Source: Candidatus Velamenicoccus archaeovorus (GTDB lineage: Bacteria; Omnitrophota; Gorgyraeia; Velamenicoccales; Velamenicoccaceae). Taken from it: a DNA stretch of 32,000 nucleotides. Made by a program: the position numbers and the translations under genes. The stretch covers positions 1,080,001 through 1,112,000 of the forward strand of contig NZ_CP019384.1 of assembly GCF_004102945.1 (NCBI RefSeq). The letters are read 5' to 3'. The notes beneath the pieces were generated by a model. That model did no database searches. It worked only from the letters and a program-made list of their open reading frames with translations, and was not told the DNA's origin. How positions within the stretch are numbered: the first letter of the stretch is position 1; every line of letters begins with the position of its first letter. This document shows, one piece after another, positions 8,210 through 15,767 of this stretch.

Positions 8210-8949
8210 ATGACTTCTCCGGCTTTGACAATAGCCTGTCTCATTGCAGAATCCTGCGCCAGACATGACAAAGAAACGCCCTTGGCGGACAGATCCGAAA
8301 CGGCGGCATCATAGGGAATGAAGAAAACCTTATCCAGTCTGCAGTCTTTTCCCATGCTTCCCGTATCTTTCGGCCCCTCGACTTTATTCACAAAGAGAAA
8401 CCGCCTTTTGGAAGAAATCCCAAGCTCATCCGCCAGCTCAAAAATCCGTCCGGCGGAACGCAGGCCGACAGCTGTGGTATCGGACACGACGATCATCTCG
8501 GAGCAAGCCCGCGTGGTCTTCCTCGAAAAATGCTCAAGTCCCGCCTCGTTGTCGATAACGATATACCGGTAGTCGTCAATGAGCTTCGCCATGCAGTTGC
8601 GCAAGACGTTGTTGATATAACAATAACACCCGGGTCCCTCGGGACGCCCCATCACCAGAAGATCGAACCCTTCGCTCTCGGTGATGCCGGTATGGATCCT
8701 GTATTCGATAAAGGCGTCCTTGCCCATATTCTTGGGTACGGACTCTGGGTTCTTTGCGACCTCATCGACGATATCCGCGATCGTCCCGACGTCTTTCAAT
8801 CCCAAAGCGTCGCATAGATTGCTGTTAGGGTCGGCATCAACGGCCAGAACGCCCCCTTGCGCCTTCCTGGCCAGATCAAGGACCAGAAGAGCCGAGATCG
8901 TCGTCTTGCCCGTCCCCCCTTTGCCGCCGATCACGATCACATCATTCAT
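8194..8949 (-). CDS. cooC: CooC/AcsF-type nickel-insertion accessory ATPase
   Basis: Deviant Walker A VIGGKGGTGKTT and the CooC Cys-X-Cys metal motif in GPGCYCY. The track ORF begins at a TTG (8961). ATG at 8949 (MNDVIVIGGKGG...) gives the usual short N-terminus. Confidence 0.88.
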   Translation of the reverse strand: MNDVIVIGGKGGTGKTTISALLVLDLARKAQGGVLAVDADPNSNLCDALGLKDVGTIADIVDEVAKNPESVPKNMGKDAFIEYRIHTGITESEGFDLLVMGRPEGPGCYCYINNVLRNCMAKLIDDYRYIVIDNEAGLEHFSRKTTRACSEMIVVSDTTAVGLRSAGRIFELADELGISSKRRFLFVNKVEGPKDTGSMGKDCRLDKVFFIPYDAAVSDLSAKGVSLSCLAQDSAMRQAIVKAGEVIWPKN

Positions 8950-9032
8950 CGTCGCACCCAAAATCTTGGAACAGCCATCAATTGTACTGTTTAAATGTCA
9001 AGCCTACACCCACAACCAAAATAACCAATCAC

Positions 9033-9052
9033 CCTGCCTGCCGGCAGGCAGG
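9033..9052. repeat. 20-bp perfect GC palindrome CCTGCCTGCCGGCAGGCAGG
   Basis: Self-complementary. Its 16-nt core CCTGCCGGCAGGCAGG recurs at 3788-3803, where it interrupts a tRNA-derived sequence. It sits in the AT-rich RACo/cooC spacer. Confidence 0.8.
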
Positions 9053-9183
9053 CAAGAAACAAATCACAAACAAATTCCAATATCCAATAATCAAATAAAA
9101 AATCCGCCTTTTTGTTTGGTCGTTCGAATTTGGTGATTGATTATTGTTTGGTCATTGTATCTTGGAATTTGATCATTCTTTTT

Positions 9184-11115
9184 TTAATACTTTACGCTTG
9201 GAAACCTGCCGGCGTCGGTATGCGGAAAGAAAAGCGCCGCCATATATTCGTCCATATACGCGGCATCCGTCGAAAGCTCAAAATAAGTAATATTGCCTGC
9301 GATCCGGTCGCATGCCTGCGCGGCGTCACGGGACAAAAGGACCTCCCTGGCGCCCGCCAGAGAACTGTTCCCGACAAAGACATACCTCTCGCGCGGCAAA
9401 TCCGGGATCAGGCCGATAAAAACGGCGCTCTCCACGTTCAGCGACGTGCCGAATCCGCCCGCGACAAAGACCCTGCGGATATCGCCGGCCTTCAATTCCA
9501 TGTGCCTGACCAGAAGCGATACCGCCGAATAGATGGCCGCTTTGGCCCTTTTGAAATTATCAAGGTCGGCGTCGGTCACCACGATGTCATTGTCAAGCCC
9601 TGCCTGAGGACCGGAAACCACAACAAACTCATAGCCGGCTGAAGACGGCCGCAGACGTGAATGGGCCTTCTCTCTGTTGAGCTTACCGTTCTTGTCGACC
9701 ACACCGGCGCGCAACAACTGCATCACCAGATCGATATAGCCGGAGCCGCAGATGCCCCGCGGCTTGTCGCCGCCGATCGTCGTATAGGCGACATCGAGGG
9801 ACTCAGGATCGACGTGGACCGCCTGGATGGCGCCGCGCACGGCACGCAGACCGCATGCCATGCCGCTACCCTCGAAAGCAGGGCCCGCCGATGCGGCGCA
9901 GCTGATCAGCCATTCGTTATTCCCCAGGACGATCTCTCCGTTCGTCCCGATGTCGATCAACAACTCCAAATCCTTGGATTTGAAGATCTCGCACGACAAG
10001 ACCCCTGCCGTGATATCGCCGCCCACATAACTGGAGACTCCCGGCAGGCAATAGAGGACACCGTGAGGATTGATCTTGAGGCCGGCCTCCGCCGCCCTGA
10101 TCGCAGGGATATAATTCGCCGTCGGCACATAAGGCGCCTGGCGGATATGCGACGGGTCTATGCGCAACAGCAGGTGGATCATGGTCGTATTTCCGGAGAC
10201 GCAGACGCACGTCACATCGTTCAAGTCTACATCGTGCTCTTCGATAAAAGACTCCGCCATCTCATTCAAGACATCGACGACCGCATGGTGAAGTTTCTCC
10301 AAGCCATCGGCCGCCTGGGCATAGATGATCCGCGTGATGATATCCGAGCCAAACGTCGCCTGCCGGTTATAGGTCGCCTTTGTCCCCAGGACCTTCTTGT
10401 GCGTCAAATCGACCAGCTGTCCGGTGATCGTCGTCGTGCCGATATCGAAAACCAGGCCGAAATTCTTCTGCGAACTGTCCCCAGGCTCAATGGCGAGGAT
10501 CTCATAAACCGGCCCTTTTGCGGCCACGGCCACGGTCACACTCCAGGAACTGGTACGCAATAACTCTCCCAGCTTCCTTAAGTTCGCCAGGCCCGTATGC
10601 AGGGGCGCGTCGCCGATCTTCTCCTGGACGGCCCGACAGACACGCTCCAGATCGCTCAACTTGTCGTTGAAATCCGGCGCAGGCAGCTCAAAATGGAATT
10701 TTTCCACCAAAGGCCGGAACGCAAACACCTCTTGCGTCAACCCCGGCTTGGCCTCCTGAATATCTTCTGCCGGCGCATAGATACCCCGCAGGCGCAAGGC
10801 GAGCTCCTCGCGGCTCAAAGCGCTCAGATCCAGGCGGGACTCCGGAAAAATCTCGACTGTCAGATCGGATTCCGCCAATGTCTGACATGCCAGATAGACG
10901 CCGGCATTCCTGTCTTGCGGAGCAATGCGGCCCGATGGCTCGGCATGGACCTTGCCGCTTTTGACCAGGACGCGGCACTTGCCGCAAACCCCGTCGCCGC
11001 CGCAGCTGGAATTCAGATGGATGTGGGCGGTAAGGGCCGCGGACAAAAGGCTCGTCCCCCGGTCCACGACGACCTTCTTGTTATCCGGCAAAAATGTGAT
11101 GATACACTTGTCCAT
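9184..11115 (-). CDS. Reductive activator of corrinoid Fe-S protein (RACo-type; [2Fe-2S] ferredoxin domain plus ASKHA ATPase)
   Basis: From ATG 11115 (MDKCIITFLPDNKKVVV). The N-terminal plant-type ferredoxin motif is SSCGGDGVCGKCRV...YLACQT. It is followed by ASKHA-like blocks (FDIGTTT, IDIGTNGE, GICGSG). 643 aa, and it sits at the 'orf7' position between acsC and acsF/cooC. The track ORF's extra 22 codons lie in a repeat element. Confidence 0.88.
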   Translation of the reverse strand: MDKCIITFLPDNKKVVVDRGTSLLSAALTAHIHLNSSCGGDGVCGKCRVLVKSGKVHAEPSGRIAPQDRNAGVYLACQTLAESDLTVEIFPESRLDLSALSREELALRLRGIYAPAEDIQEAKPGLTQEVFAFRPLVEKFHFELPAPDFNDKLSDLERVCRAVQEKIGDAPLHTGLANLRKLGELLRTSSWSVTVAVAAKGPVYEILAIEPGDSSQKNFGLVFDIGTTTITGQLVDLTHKKVLGTKATYNRQATFGSDIITRIIYAQAADGLEKLHHAVVDVLNEMAESFIEEHDVDLNDVTCVCVSGNTTMIHLLLRIDPSHIRQAPYVPTANYIPAIRAAEAGLKINPHGVLYCLPGVSSYVGGDITAGVLSCEIFKSKDLELLIDIGTNGEIVLGNNEWLISCAASAGPAFEGSGMACGLRAVRGAIQAVHVDPESLDVAYTTIGGDKPRGICGSGYIDLVMQLLRAGVVDKNGKLNREKAHSRLRPSSAGYEFVVVSGPQAGLDNDIVVTDADLDNFKRAKAAIYSAVSLLVRHMELKAGDIRRVFVAGGFGTSLNVESAVFIGLIPDLPRERYVFVGNSSLAGAREVLLSRDAAQACDRIAGNITYFELSTDAAYMDEYMAALFFPHTDAGRFPSVKY

Positions 11116-11124
11116 CGTCAAACC

Positions 11125-11196
11125 CCTAATCCAAAAAGGACAGGTCTCCGCATGGCTCCTCCGATAGAATCGGGTAACCACATAAAAGAGAACCTA
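11125..11196 (-). repeat. Two-hairpin 'Y' module filling the acsC/RACo spacer
   Basis: Minus strand: TAGGTTCTC-[long loop with TTTTATGTGGTTA...CCATGC]-GGAGACCT-GTCC-TTTTT-GGAT-TAGG. This is homologous to the modules at 21958-22050 and 29706-30095. Its TAG head is the acsC stop codon. TAGG occurs at both ends. Confidence 0.6.
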
Positions 11197-12534
11197 TCCT
11201 TGCGCAAGGTTCTTTAAAAACACAGGCAACCCCGAAGCCTCGCGCGGCCCGACCACGACGCGCCAGCCCGACTTATCCTCCAGGTCCCCGCTCATCATGG
11301 CCACGTATCCCGGGATCACAATGCTCTTGTGCCGCACCGTATCCGCCAGCTTGAATTTCGTCAGCGTATCGGCGATCTGTTCGGCTCCGAATTTTTCCGC
11401 GGCCCAGGCCGTCAATACGGACATCCCCTCGGTATCCATGCACAACAGATAGCATGGCCGGCGGCTGGATTCGATCTCACCCAAGACCGTGTAATACGTC
11501 AGGGAGAAATTCGTCGTCACAAGCAAAGGCGAATCCTGCGAAACAGCCCCGACAGGATAGACGTTCGGCTCGACCTGGAGGGGCTTCTGCGGATCCGTAT
11601 AAATATTCTGCCTCAGCGTCAACAAAGGCAGGATGTGCTCCGGTTTCGTCGTCCTCACCAATAAGATGCTCGCATATTTGGCGATGTAGGCGGCGGCCTG
11701 GCAAACGGCCTCGCTTTCCACGGCGGTATTCACGACCACCATCGTCGGGAATCCAAGACTGCGTTCGCCTTTTTTCAGGCTCAATCGCCTGATCTGGGTC
11801 AACTGCCACAGCCGCTCTGTCGTTGTATTTTCGGGAATGTCCAGGACAAGATCCGCAAAGCCGGCCTGGGCCGCTTTCTTTGTCGCGGCAGAAAATTCCT
11901 CAAGACTGGATGCCCGAAACGCCAGAGGAACATGGGACTCCTTGCAGACGGTAACAAAAGCCTCAAGATCCGTCGCTTTCGGGCAATAAACCAGAGGCCG
12001 CTCGGACGCGCAAAGACGGAGGGCGGCCTTCAACGTTTCCGCAGAACAAGCCATCAGGACAAGCGGCAGGGAAACAGCCGCGCGTATGCGCCGAAGCTGT
12101 TCCACAAAAACCTCCGTCCTGGCGCTTGTGTTGCGCAGCGCGACCAGCTCGACGCCGATCTGTTGGCCGACGCGCTCAAACCTTAAAGACCGTATCTGTC
12201 CCAGCGTCCGGTCAAGCTCAGCTACAGGCAGATCGTCTTCCACAATCAACCCGATTGCCGTCGGGTGGTGGAATTTTTCTTCGTGACGAAAGAGGACGGT
12301 CTCCTGGCCTACGGCCACACGCCTCTCGCCGGTGCCGATCTCGACGAGACGGATGGCAGGCAGGGAAGCTTCCTCAAGTTTGAGCCGCACCGATTCGCCG
12401 ACAGACGGACACTTGTCCAAGCTGACGGCTTTCTTGGCCAACTGCATCGCAAAAGCCAGGCACGTCTGAAAACCGCACTTCTTGCAGTTGGTCTTGGGCA
12501 AAAGCTTATAAATATCCAATCCCGACAAAGCCAT
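11194..12534 (-). CDS. acsC: Corrinoid iron-sulfur protein large subunit AcsC (CdhE-like)
   Basis: 446 aa. The N-terminal [4Fe-4S] motif is LPKTNCKKCGFQTCLAFAMQLAKKAVSLDKCP (CX2CX4CX16C). A TIM-barrel and a C-terminal corrinoid-binding domain follow. Length matches Moorella AcsC. Confidence 0.92.
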   Translation of the reverse strand: MALSGLDIYKLLPKTNCKKCGFQTCLAFAMQLAKKAVSLDKCPSVGESVRLKLEEASLPAIRLVEIGTGERRVAVGQETVLFRHEEKFHHPTAIGLIVEDDLPVAELDRTLGQIRSLRFERVGQQIGVELVALRNTSARTEVFVEQLRRIRAAVSLPLVLMACSAETLKAALRLCASERPLVYCPKATDLEAFVTVCKESHVPLAFRASSLEEFSAATKKAAQAGFADLVLDIPENTTTERLWQLTQIRRLSLKKGERSLGFPTMVVVNTAVESEAVCQAAAYIAKYASILLVRTTKPEHILPLLTLRQNIYTDPQKPLQVEPNVYPVGAVSQDSPLLVTTNFSLTYYTVLGEIESSRRPCYLLCMDTEGMSVLTAWAAEKFGAEQIADTLTKFKLADTVRHKSIVIPGYVAMMSGDLEDKSGWRVVVGPREASGLPVFLKNLAQG

Positions 12535-12536
12535 CT

Positions 12537-13667
12537 CTATGTCCTCTTCTTGACAAATTCCATGATCTCCTGCAGGGGCCGTCCGGTCCTTTTGGCCGCC
12601 CGAAGGCAGTCTTCGTATTCCGGAAGGCTGCGCCGCGAACCATCCGGAAGAACAACTGTTTTGATCTTCAAGGTCTCGCCGGCCACCCTCACCTTGCCGC
12701 AGGAACGCGGCAATTTGATGCGGCTGACAGGATAATAACGCAAACCGATCGTGGTTGTTTCGCGAAAGACGATGTCAGATATCTTATCGAAATTACTCGC
12801 ATCTGACAAGACCGTCAGCAAAATTCCCGGCCGAGACTTCTTCATGATGACGCCCTGCAGAGAAACATCCAAGGCCCCCGCTTCAAGCAGGCGCTCGCAC
12901 ACATAAGCATATATCTGAGGCTGGGTGTCGTCGATATTCGCCTCAAGGACCAGCACCGTGTCGCTCTCAAGGAAGCGCTTTGCGGCATCAAGCTCCGCAA
13001 TGCGCAGGACGTTGGCCATGCCCGGCGGATCAGCCGTGCCTGCGCCGTAGCCGCATCTGCCGTAAACAAAACGTTCCTGCACCTGTCCGGATGTCTGCGT
13101 CCCGAGCGCCCTGAGGATCGCCAGGCCCGTCGGCGTCACGTTCTCAAACGGCCAGGACGTAAAATAGACCTCCTGTCCCTCCAGCATGACCGAGACGGCA
13201 GGAGCGATCTTCAACCCCAGAGGAATGGCGGAATACAGCAGGCGCGATGCCCTGCACGCATCCATACAGATACAGGCGGCAGCAATATCCACGAAAGAGT
13301 CGACCTCGCCGAGCTGATGGAAACGCATGTCATGATGCGCGTGGCCGTGGACGCGCCCCTCGGCGGCCTTCAGCGCCTCATAAACCTTGACCATCCGTTC
13401 CTGGACGCCGCGGCCCAGGCGGCTCGTCTTGATGAGTCGCATAATCTCCTGATAAGAAAAATTTTTCTCACGGCGAACAACCACATCAAACCGTAAAGCA
13501 TTCCCATGCCCCCTCTGGACACGATGGGTCTTCACCGTGTAGCCGTCTAAGTCGATCTTTCTGAGCCCGCGGCGCACGCAGTCCAGGTTGACACCCATAT
13601 CAATAAAAGCGGCGACCGTCATGTCGCCGCTGACTCCTCCCAAGAGATCGAAATAGACCGTTTTCAT
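12537..13667 (-). CDS. larC: LarC-family nickel insertion protein (nickel-pincer cofactor cyclometallase family)
   Basis: 376 aa. The N-terminus MKTVYFDLLGGVSGDMTVAAFIDMGV and HGHAHHDMRFHQLGEVDSFVDI are LarC/UPF0272 hallmarks. Its stop lies 2 nt before the acsC ATG, and its start overlaps the larB stop (ATGA). Confidence 0.85.
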   Translation of the reverse strand: MKTVYFDLLGGVSGDMTVAAFIDMGVNLDCVRRGLRKIDLDGYTVKTHRVQRGHGNALRFDVVVRREKNFSYQEIMRLIKTSRLGRGVQERMVKVYEALKAAEGRVHGHAHHDMRFHQLGEVDSFVDIAAACICMDACRASRLLYSAIPLGLKIAPAVSVMLEGQEVYFTSWPFENVTPTGLAILRALGTQTSGQVQERFVYGRCGYGAGTADPPGMANVLRIAELDAAKRFLESDTVLVLEANIDDTQPQIYAYVCERLLEAGALDVSLQGVIMKKSRPGILLTVLSDASNFDKISDIVFRETTTIGLRYYPVSRIKLPRSCGKVRVAGETLKIKTVVLPDGSRRSLPEYEDCLRAAKRTGRPLQEIMEFVKKRT

Positions 13668-14338
13668 CTGCGAACCACCAATCCGGCAAAATAGCCGGCG
13701 CCGAAACCGTTGTCGATATTCATGACCGCGATCCCCGGAGAACAGCTGTTGAGCATCGTCAGTAGAGCCGACAGACCTTCGAAGCTCGATCCATAACCGC
13801 AGCTCGTCGGAACGGCGACGACCGGACAGCTGACCAAACCGCTCACGAGGCTCGCCAGCGCACCCTCCATCCCTGCGACGACGATGATGACGGCGGCCCG
13901 GTGCAGAACATCCATCCTGTCCATCACGCGGTGCACGCCGGCAACGCCAACGTCATAAAGCTTGCGCACGGATACACCCATGAGCTCCAGGGTCAACGCC
14001 GCCTCTTCTGCAACAGGGATATCACTCGTCCCTGCCGTCACAACAAGAACCTCGCCTTTGGCGGCTGCCGGGGACCGGAGCCCCTTGCGGAAAGCCGCCC
14101 GGGCCTTCTCGTTGTAAGAAAGACCTTTTAATTTCGGTTTCAGGAAAGCGTAAGCCCGGGGTTCCAGGCGCGTCAACAAAAGCGGAGTTTCCCGGTCCCG
14201 ATCGAGCTCGCGCGCGATCTTGAAGATCTCCTCTTTTGTCTTCTTTTGACAAAAGATGACCTCCGGGAACCCCCGTCTCGTTTGCCTGCCCGTATCCACG
14301 CAGGCAAAACCAAGGTCCACGTAGGCCTGTTTCTTCAT
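13664..14338 (-). CDS. larB: LarB-family pyridinium-3,5-biscarboxylic acid mononucleotide synthase (AIR-carboxylase fold)
   Basis: 224 aa. Motifs GFPEVIFCQKKT, VVTAGTSDIPVAEEA, VGVAGVHR, VVAGMEGALASLVSGLV..PVVAVPTSCGYG and NIDNGFGAG match the LarB/PurE-like family. Confidence 0.85.
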   Translation of the reverse strand: MKKQAYVDLGFACVDTGRQTRRGFPEVIFCQKKTKEEIFKIARELDRDRETPLLLTRLEPRAYAFLKPKLKGLSYNEKARAAFRKGLRSPAAAKGEVLVVTAGTSDIPVAEEAALTLELMGVSVRKLYDVGVAGVHRVMDRMDVLHRAAVIIVVAGMEGALASLVSGLVSCPVVAVPTSCGYGSSFEGLSALLTMLNSCSPGIAVMNIDNGFGAGYFAGLVVRR

Positions 14339-14637
14339 AATTTGACGATAAAATAAAGGAGGAAGAAGATGACGATCAGGGACAGGATATAAAAATCGTT
14401 ATGATAGATAAAATCTCTGACTTTCTCGATCAAAGTCCCCTCGATGGTGACGAGCGACTGGTTGGGCTTGATGCCGGGCCGGACCTGGTCCAATTGCTCT
14501 TTTTTGAACCGCAGATAGACGCCGCCGACTTTATAGGCGGGGATCACCCCGCTCTCAGCCAGTTCGACGACTTCTTTTTCCGTGATATTGAGATAGCTGG
14601 CCACCTCACGGATGGTCAGCAGTTTATGGGTTGCCAT
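14335..14637 (-). CDS. Small membrane-anchored protein with an N-terminal excisionase/MerR-type HTH (HTH_17-like)
   Basis: 100 aa. LLTIREVASYLNITEKEVVELAESGVIPAYKVGGVYLRFKKEQLDQV is a typical HTH_17 domain. The C-terminus FYILSLIVIFFLLYFIVKL is a single TM helix. Its stop overlaps the larB start (ATGA). Confidence 0.7.
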   Translation of the reverse strand: MATHKLLTIREVASYLNITEKEVVELAESGVIPAYKVGGVYLRFKKEQLDQVRPGIKPNQSLVTIEGTLIEKVRDFIYHNDFYILSLIVIFFLLYFIVKL

Positions 14638-14648
14638 GGACTAATGCC

Positions 14649-15158
14649 TTAACCGATCTTTCCGGCGGATATCCACTCGTCTATCTTTTTACGCTCGAAC
14701 TTCCAATCGTTCGATTCCTTGAACGCGGGGATCTTACCGCTGTTGGCCCACTCGAGGATGGTATTGAGGTCCACCTCCAGATAACGGGCCAAGGTTTCTG
14801 TGTCGAAAATATCTCCCAGCATGGTACACCGCCCCTGAAAGACAGCCCCTTCGTTAATGTGCAACGATGGCGTCTTGATATTGCCCTCGATAACGGCATG
14901 CTCCTTTAAATGGATCCTTTTGGTCGCGGTCACTTCGCCCTTGACGCGGCCGGCAACCTCAATGTCGTCACCGGATATGGCGGCATCCACCACCGCCTCC
15001 TCCCCGATCTCAAGAACACCCCGAACCTCAAGGGTCCCCTCAAACTTGCCGTTGATACGCAGGTGCACGGGCTCCTTGAAAGAAAGGCTGCCCTGCATAG
15101 CTGAATCGACAGTGATCACCTTGTCCTCAATCTCCTTCTTCCTGTCTCTTATGGCCAT
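14649..15158 (-). CDS. Bactofilin-domain protein fused to a C-terminal excisionase/MerR-type HTH
   Basis: 169 aa. Residues ~20-115 show the bactofilin beta-helix repeat pattern (GSL.F...V.I.G.FEG.L.V.G.LEIGE.A.V.A.I.G..IEV.G.V.G.V.A...I.L...A.I.G.I....L.I.EGA.F.G). Residues ~117-165 (FDTETLARYLEVDLNTILEWANSGKIPAFKESNDWKFERKKIDEWI) are paralogous to the HTH of the next gene. Confidence 0.75.
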   Translation of the reverse strand: MAIRDRKKEIEDKVITVDSAMQGSLSFKEPVHLRINGKFEGTLEVRGVLEIGEEAVVDAAISGDDIEVAGRVKGEVTATKRIHLKEHAVIEGNIKTPSLHINEGAVFQGRCTMLGDIFDTETLARYLEVDLNTILEWANSGKIPAFKESNDWKFERKKIDEWISAGKIG

Positions 15159-15597
15159 GCGGCACCCCCTTATTTAGCATCACCCTCTCGAATCCTCTTA
15201 AAAACAAGAGAACCAAAAGAACCAACAAGGTCACAACGACGGAGACCTTGAAGAACCCGCATCCGATGCTCAAACCCAACGCTGCCACAACCCACAGGCT
15301 CGATGCTGTTGTCAATCCCCGGATCCCCTCGGGGGAGCGGATGATCGTGCCGGCGCCGAGAAACCCGATGCCCGTGATGACACCGGCGGCAATCCGCGTC
15401 GGATCCATATTTGCTACAGATTTATATATATCAAAAACATGCAGCGATGTCAACATAATGAGGCACGACCCGACGCAAACAAGGATGTGCGTACGCAACC
15501 CCGCTTGGTGACGGCAAATTTGGCGTTCCAGCCCGATCAGGCCGCTTAACACAAAAGCGATCAAAATCCTGAGTACCATTTCATTGTCTGTGATCAT
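15127..15597 (-). CDS. mgtC: MgtC/SapB family membrane protein
   Basis: 156 aa. RILIAFVLSGLIGLERQ...GLRTHILVCVGSCLIM...AAGVITGIGFLGAGTI is the MgtC family signature. Its 3' end overlaps the bactofilin gene start by 32 nt. Confidence 0.85.
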   Translation of the reverse strand: MITDNEMVLRILIAFVLSGLIGLERQICRHQAGLRTHILVCVGSCLIMLTSLHVFDIYKSVANMDPTRIAAGVITGIGFLGAGTIIRSPEGIRGLTTASSLWVVAALGLSIGCGFFKVSVVVTLLVLLVLLFLRGFERVMLNKGVPHGHKRQEEGD

Positions 15598-15614
15598 GCA
15601 ATCCTCCTTAATTC

Positions 15615-15741
15615 CGCCTCTGGCGGAATTAACTCCGAGTGTAGCTGAAAAATTTCTGGTTGCCCGTCCGAGCTCTGCGAGGACTGGTCGCAGGCATAAA
15701 TTGTCAAGATGCTTACACGGGGAACAACGTCTCTTTAGATT
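15615..15741 (+). repeat. 127-bp repeat-element segment bounded by a 10-bp direct repeat TCCTTAATTC; contains the conserved 'X' box
   Basis: TCCTTAATTC occurs at 15605-15614 and 15742-15751. The interior holds hairpin TTAATTCCGCC-TCT-GGCGGAATTAA, which uses the left repeat. It also holds box 15662-15747, homologous to 29969-30048 (first 32 nt 31/32 identical). Confidence 0.7.
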
Positions 15742-15767
15742 TCCTTAATTCTCATATGTCTTTATCC

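Noticed and set aside
15690-15720. TTGACA/TTGTCA hexamers inside the X box (15701-15706, 30008-30013), and TTGTCA-N15-TATAAT on the minus strand at 4222-4248, as promoters.
   Set aside because: The X-box hexamers have no -10-like hexamer at 16-18 nt on either strand in any copy. The 4222-4248 pair has a perfect TATAAT but only a 15-nt spacer, and it lies ~235 nt from the tRNA. These are possible but unsupported.
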